Part shown: positions 38,099-42,181 of the stretch, in pieces
How positions within the stretch are numbered: position 1 is the first letter of the stretch
Layout: every line of letters begins with the position of its first letter
Assembly: GCA_051439505.1 (NCBI GenBank)
Contig: JBFRWI010000126.1
Location: 1-42,181 of the forward strand
Direction: 5' to 3'
Length of the DNA stretch: 42,181 nucleotides
Origin: Hormoscilla sp.
Lineage (GTDB): Bacteria; Cyanobacteriota; Cyanobacteriia; Cyanobacteriales; Desertifilaceae
Program-made: the position numbers and the translations under genes
Notes under the pieces: generated by a model
The model's input: only the letters and a program-made list of their open reading frames with translations
Told to the model about the DNA's origin: nothing
Database searches by the model: none

Positions 38099-38118
38099 TG
38101 TACAAAACACCAGATGCT
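38023..38118. mobile_element. AGCATCT/AGATGCT-bounded element with GCCCGCCTGCGCGGGC REP core
   Basis: Core 38042-38097 nearly identical to 19012-19067; short TIR 38023-38029 / 38112-38118; no TSD seen. Confidence 0.7.
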
Positions 38119-38144
38119 CCTATGTTGAAATTATCGAGGTGGTT

Positions 38145-38411
38145 ATGACGCTATTGCTAACTCCAGAAACAGAAACGGCGATCGCGGATCGAGTGAAAAG
38201 CGGTCGCTACTCCACGGCAGACGAAGTGGTGCGTGAAGCCCTGGGACTGCTTTCAGAACGCGATCGGGCTGAGGACGAACGGCGACTGGAAGAACTCCGC
38301 GCTATGATCGCGATCGGGACAGAACAAATTGCTAATGGACAAGTGACTGATGGGGAACTGGTGATCGATCGCCTAAGAAAGAAAATGACAGCTAGGAAAA
38401 ATAGATCGTAG
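38145..38411 (+). CDS. ParD-like RHH antitoxin (CC2985 type)
   Basis: LTPE..I..VKSGRYSTADEVVREALGLL..LRAMIAIG; no ParE follows. Confidence 0.85.
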   Translation: MTLLLTPETETAIADRVKSGRYSTADEVVREALGLLSERDRAEDERRLEELRAMIAIGTEQIANGQVTDGELVIDRLRKKMTARKNRS

Positions 38412-38650
38412 GTTGGGTTGAGGAACGAAACCCAACGTTCCTGTATAATCATTGAAACTTGATTATAGGAAATAGCAGGTGGCGGGCGATCGCCTGTAGG
38501 ATGTGGCGGGCGATCGCGAGGAAGTAGAGAAACCGGGTTTCTTGAACAATCTCGCTGGGGATGGGAAAATCTTCGGCAGAAACCCGGTTTCTGGTATGGT
38601 GGCGACAGAGAGGCATCGCCCGCCCGGCCCCAGGCGATCGCCTGGGGCCG
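38408..38650. repeat. Cluster of palindromic repeats
   Basis: GTAGGTTGGGTTGAG..AACCCAAC (also ~14310, ~15555), AGAAACCGGGTTTC..AGAAACCCGGTTTCT (also ~19267-19333), CCGGCCCCAGGCGATCGCCTGGGGCCGG. Confidence 0.8.
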
Positions 38651-38764
38651 GTGTATGGGCAGGACATCAGAAAAATTTGGGTTATAATCGAAAAGTAATT
38701 CCCAACCTACACCGGGTATCATAGAATAGAAGAATCAATCTCTCCACTAAGAAAGGTAAGTCCT

Positions 38765-39328
38765 ATGTCTGCAACTAAAACCGGTCTGATACTCGCCATC
38801 ATCAGTGTTCTCTTAGCTGCTGCTGGCTTAATATACGAAATCTCTACTAGAGAAGAGCCCACCCTATTCTCGGAAACCGATCGCTTTTACTGCACCTTGA
38901 GATCGGATCCCATTCGCGGCGGAAATGTCTGGACGGTGATTTATCGTCATGACAACGGGGAACAGCCTTGGTTGAATATGGTGAATAGTTTTGGTGATGG
39001 CTGGAATACTCAAAGACGCTGCGATAAAATAGCTGACCGTTTGGAAATGTTTAGTCAAGATGGGCTGACTGAATTTACCTATCGGGATGACCCCAATACG
39101 CCCAACCAGCCTGTTATCTGTGCTAAAACTAAAATCAGTGGCGATAATTGCCCCCTGCTGGTGACACTGGTCCCGGGGGCCGACCCCTACATCGCCCTGC
39201 GGGAGATGATTGAGGCTTTGGAACAGGGGACTACGGTGGATCAAAGTACGGAGAAATTGCTAGCTGAGTTTTCTCGCGAGAAACCCGTGATTAAGTTGGA
39301 GGGTTTGCTGGCAAAGGACGATCTTTAA
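38765..39328 (+). CDS. COP23 domain protein
   Basis: N-terminal TM, RFYC, FGDGWNTQRRCDKIADRL, NQPVICA, CPLLVTL.PG.DP. Confidence 0.85.
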   Translation: MSATKTGLILAIISVLLAAAGLIYEISTREEPTLFSETDRFYCTLRSDPIRGGNVWTVIYRHDNGEQPWLNMVNSFGDGWNTQRRCDKIADRLEMFSQDGLTEFTYRDDPNTPNQPVICAKTKISGDNCPLLVTLVPGADPYIALREMIEALEQGTTVDQSTEKLLAEFSREKPVIKLEGLLAKDDL

Positions 39329-39389
39329 TAGCATTTGTTTAGGGATGAACATGACTCGGGAAAAATGTAGAAATGGGAGAGTATGGATA

Positions 39390-41008
39390 TCACTCTGGTT
39401 GTCCTAGCTTCTTCAGCACTTGCTTACGGTTATTGATTGCTGTTTGGTAGTTAGGATCAAATTCAAGGGCTTTGTCATAGGATTTTAGGGCTTCATCGTA
39501 TCGTTCCAATTGCTCTAGCGCCCATCCTCGGTTATTCCAAGCCTCACTTTTGTCTGGCTTGATTTCTATCGCTTTTTCATATGATGCGATCGCCTCACTG
39601 TACCTTTGTAATTCCGCTAGCGCCCCTCCCCTGTTATTCCAAGCTTCATGGAAGTCTGGCTTGATTTCTATCGCTTTTTTATATGATGCGATCGCCTCAC
39701 TGTACCGTTGCAATTCATCTAGCGCATTGCCTTTGCCAAACCAAGCTTTATGGAAGTCTGGCTTGATTTCTATCGCTTTTTCAAATGATGCGATCGCCTC
39801 ACTGTACCGTTGCAATTTAACTAGCGCAATGCCTTTGCTAAACCAAGCTTCATGGAAGTCTTGCTTGATTTCTATCGCTTTTTCATATGATGCGATCGCC
39901 TCACTGTCCCGTTGCAATTTAACTAGCGCAATGCCTCTGTTATTCCAAGCTTCATGGTAGTCTTGCTTGATTTCTATCGCTTTTTCATATGATGCGAGCG
40001 CCTTTCTGTACTTTTGCAAGTTCTCTAGCGCCACGCCTCTGTCATTCCAAGCTAAAGAGTAGTCTGGCTTGATTTTTATCGCTTTTTCATACGATGCGAG
40101 CGCCTTTCTGTACTTTTGCGCTTTCAATAAATAGTCACCTTGGTTGTACCATGTCTCTGCGGTTTGTGGAGAACTTCCAGAAGTCAACCATCGCATAATC
40201 AACAGCAAACCAAGCCCAACCGTTCCCCCCAGCAACCATTCTTTTGGCAGTTTCACTGGACTCTCAACCAAAGCGGGGGGATGCACTGACTGATTCTGCA
40301 AATACATATTAATCGGAACGCCCCACTTAAAATTATCAATGCGTGCGACAGTTTCCACTCGTGCCTTTTCCGCTGGCGAAAGATTGCTTTGGGGACTACT
40401 CGCTATCCTGATAATCTCAGTATCCGTGCGACCATGCACCGCAATCACTTTACCATCAACATTCACCACCGGTCCCCCACTCATCCCGTCAGCCGTTGTT
40501 GCCTGGTAAAATAAGCCATAGCCCGCTAGTATGGGTGGCTTGACTATGCCTGAGACAGTACCATTACTAAACAGGGACACCCCTCTACTCACTTGCCCAG
40601 CCGGAAAACCTCTAAGATAGATAGTATCTCCATCCTTCACCCGGTCTGAATCACCCATCTGCAAGGCCCGATAGGGACAAGTTTCCCCCTCCGGTGCAAA
40701 AGTCACCACTGCCAGGTCGTAGTTAGGGAAAGATTCAATATTGCTAGTTTGCCAAAGTTTCCCGTCAACAGTTTGCAGTTGCAACTGGTTACTAGGTGCC
40801 ACCACATGACGGGCCGTGACCACAGTGCAGACATCCTTTGACCCCCGGACAAAAAATCCCGTGCCATGTCCGGGCCTATCCATGTAGTTGATCAGGGTAA
40901 CCGCTTCCTTGAGTTCCTCCGCAATTTTTTGCTTTGACTTCGGGCCACCACAGGCAGTCAGTAATAAAGTAATGCAGCTCGCAGCCACCAACCAGCGACG
41001 TGCCATCA
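39390..41008 (-). CDS. Trypsin-like serine protease with internal TM segment and TPR repeats, lipoprotein signal
   Basis: LLLTAC lipobox; TARHVV, YDLAVV, GMSGGP triad; about 7 TPRs; start approximate (ORF track gives 41024). Confidence 0.9.
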
Positions 41009-41067
41009 TCCCATCCCTCACCACGCAACGATTTTTCTATTATGCCATATCTCGTATTCTCTCCAAC

Positions 41068-41425
41068 CCCTCGTTCCCAGGGTCTCCCTGGGAATGCCCC
41101 CGGGAGGCTCTGCCTCCAGTGGCCGCAATGGTAACGACAATCTCTGCTTTCCAGCTGGTGGGAGGAGGCAGAGCCTCTAGAACCCGTTCCCGGGCTCCGC
41201 CTGGGAACGAGGGGAAAACTGAAGACAGGATGAAGCATTGCGATAGAGAAGTTATTGGTGATGATATCACAGCGATCGCCGCAATGCTTCATCCCTACAA
41301 ATATTTTTTTCTGAAATCAATGGGCGAGGGTGCATCTGGACCGCAAGCATATCTGTAGGGGCGAAGCATTTGGGCGATCGGTTCGATATCCAACCCAAGA
41401 TTTTACTATCCAAATGCTTCGCCCG
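41068..41425. repeat. Three different palindromic REP-like elements in series
   Basis: CCTCGTTCCCAGG..CCTGGGAACGAGG with GAGGCTCTGCCTC arms; GATGAAGCATTGCG..CGCAATGCTTCATCCCTAC; GGGTGCATCT + GTAGGGGCGAAGCATTTGG..CCAAATGCTTCGCCC. Confidence 0.85.
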
Positions 41426-41523
41426 GCCCCCGAGCGAGTGCCGTGGCATTCCCGACCTTCCCGGTCAGCCCCGATCGGGCTTTTTTAGGATATCATATAA
41501 TCACCTTTACCAGGTATAGACCC

Positions 41524-41910
41524 ATGAAAACTACAGGCATCCATCATGTCGCCATCATCTGCTCTAACTATGAAAAATCCAAGCACTTCTATGTGGAAGT
41601 TCTCGGTTTCCCCATTATCCAAGAAACCTTCAGAAAAGAGCGCAACTCTTACAAATTAGATCTGCGCGTCGGCCATAAGGACCAAATAGAACTGTTTTCA
41701 TTTCCCAACCCGCCCCAAAGAGTGAATAGCCCAGAAGCATGTGGACTCAGGCATCTATCTTTTGCCGTCGAGGATCTCGATGCCACAGTTGATTACTTAA
41801 AATCTCAGGGAGTGGCCGTAGAAGAAATCAGACTTGATGAAATTACAGGCAAGCGGTTTACCTTCTTTAAAGACCCGGATGACTTGCCCCTCGAAATCTA
41901 TGCACAATGA
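41524..41910 (+). CDS. VOC/glyoxalase family protein (YaeR-like)
   Basis: IHHVAIICS, SYKLDL, IELFSF, EACGLRHL, FFKDPD.LPLE. Confidence 0.92.
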   Translation: MKTTGIHHVAIICSNYEKSKHFYVEVLGFPIIQETFRKERNSYKLDLRVGHKDQIELFSFPNPPQRVNSPEACGLRHLSFAVEDLDATVDYLKSQGVAVEEIRLDEITGKRFTFFKDPDDLPLEIYAQ

Positions 41911-42017
41911 AGATCTCTCTAATGTCAATTAGTCAAGTAGTCAATTAGTCTCCTGGCCCCCTGGCCCGCCCTGGGTTAAAAACCACCGGAAATAGCTCAA
42001 GTGGGTTAAAACCCACT

Positions 42018-42181
42018 GAAAGCATTGTCAGAGTTTTCCCCTTGTTTCCTGGCGATTGCCTCAAGATCGAGGGTAAAAAGATAATATTTTCAGTCGGTTT
42101 TCAACCGACTTTAGCTATTAGCCGGGGGTTTGAACCCCCGGCGGGGTGACAGCGCAGAAAGCATTGTCAGAGTTTTCCCCT
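42018..42181. repeat. 25-bp direct repeat (139-bp period) around a hairpin repeat
   Basis: GAAAGCATTGTCAGAGTTTTCCCCT at 42018-42042 and 42157-42181; cut by the window end. Confidence 0.8.

Noticed and set aside
38207..38724. ORFs across the repeat cluster (also 40876-41449)
   Set aside because: Composed of palindromic repeats or antisense to real genes
39540..40115. Diversity-generating retroelement TR/VR pair
   Set aside because: No reverse transcriptase; the repeats are in-frame TPR units and differences are not adenine-specific

Overview
Chromosomal window from a cyanobacterium. The HIP1 octamer GCGATCGC is very frequent, heptamer STRR tracts occur, and tab2, plmA, COP23 and DUF928 are present; the repeat load suggests a filamentous Oscillatoriales-type genome (inference). 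Core content: an RND adaptor, fdhD plus an FdhF/YdeP molybdo-oxidoreductase, urtABC behind an NtcA-type promoter (urtDE absent here), moeB/moeZ plus a JAMM peptidase, an AAA_35-WD40 protein, a phosphoribosyltransferase, a GPH-family MFS transporter, DUF928, a ClC-CBS-USP protein, a PmbA/TldE protein, tab2, an S1-domain protein, dienelactone hydrolase, plmA, a nitroreductase, COP23, a trypsin-TPR protein and a VOC protein. Accessory content: an AT-rich GIY-YIG gene, an AT-rich rnhA, a GC-rich frameshifted flavin monooxygenase, a decayed CHASE2-cyclase, and many toxin-antitoxin remnants in which the toxin is usually the lost partner. The most striking unannotated signal is a set of at least five families of 55-320 bp mini-elements bounded by terminal inverted repeats (TIRs), several with exact 6-10 bp target-site duplications (TSDs). 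The same ends enclose different interiors (REP hairpins, STRR tracts, or almost nothing). These elements split a gene, sit at a deletion junction, duplicate a ribosome-binding site and supply a new C-terminus. A 43-bp hairpin also lies in frame inside the JAMM gene. No transposase, CRISPR array, tRNA or rRNA was seen. Protein calls come from motif recognition, not database searches.
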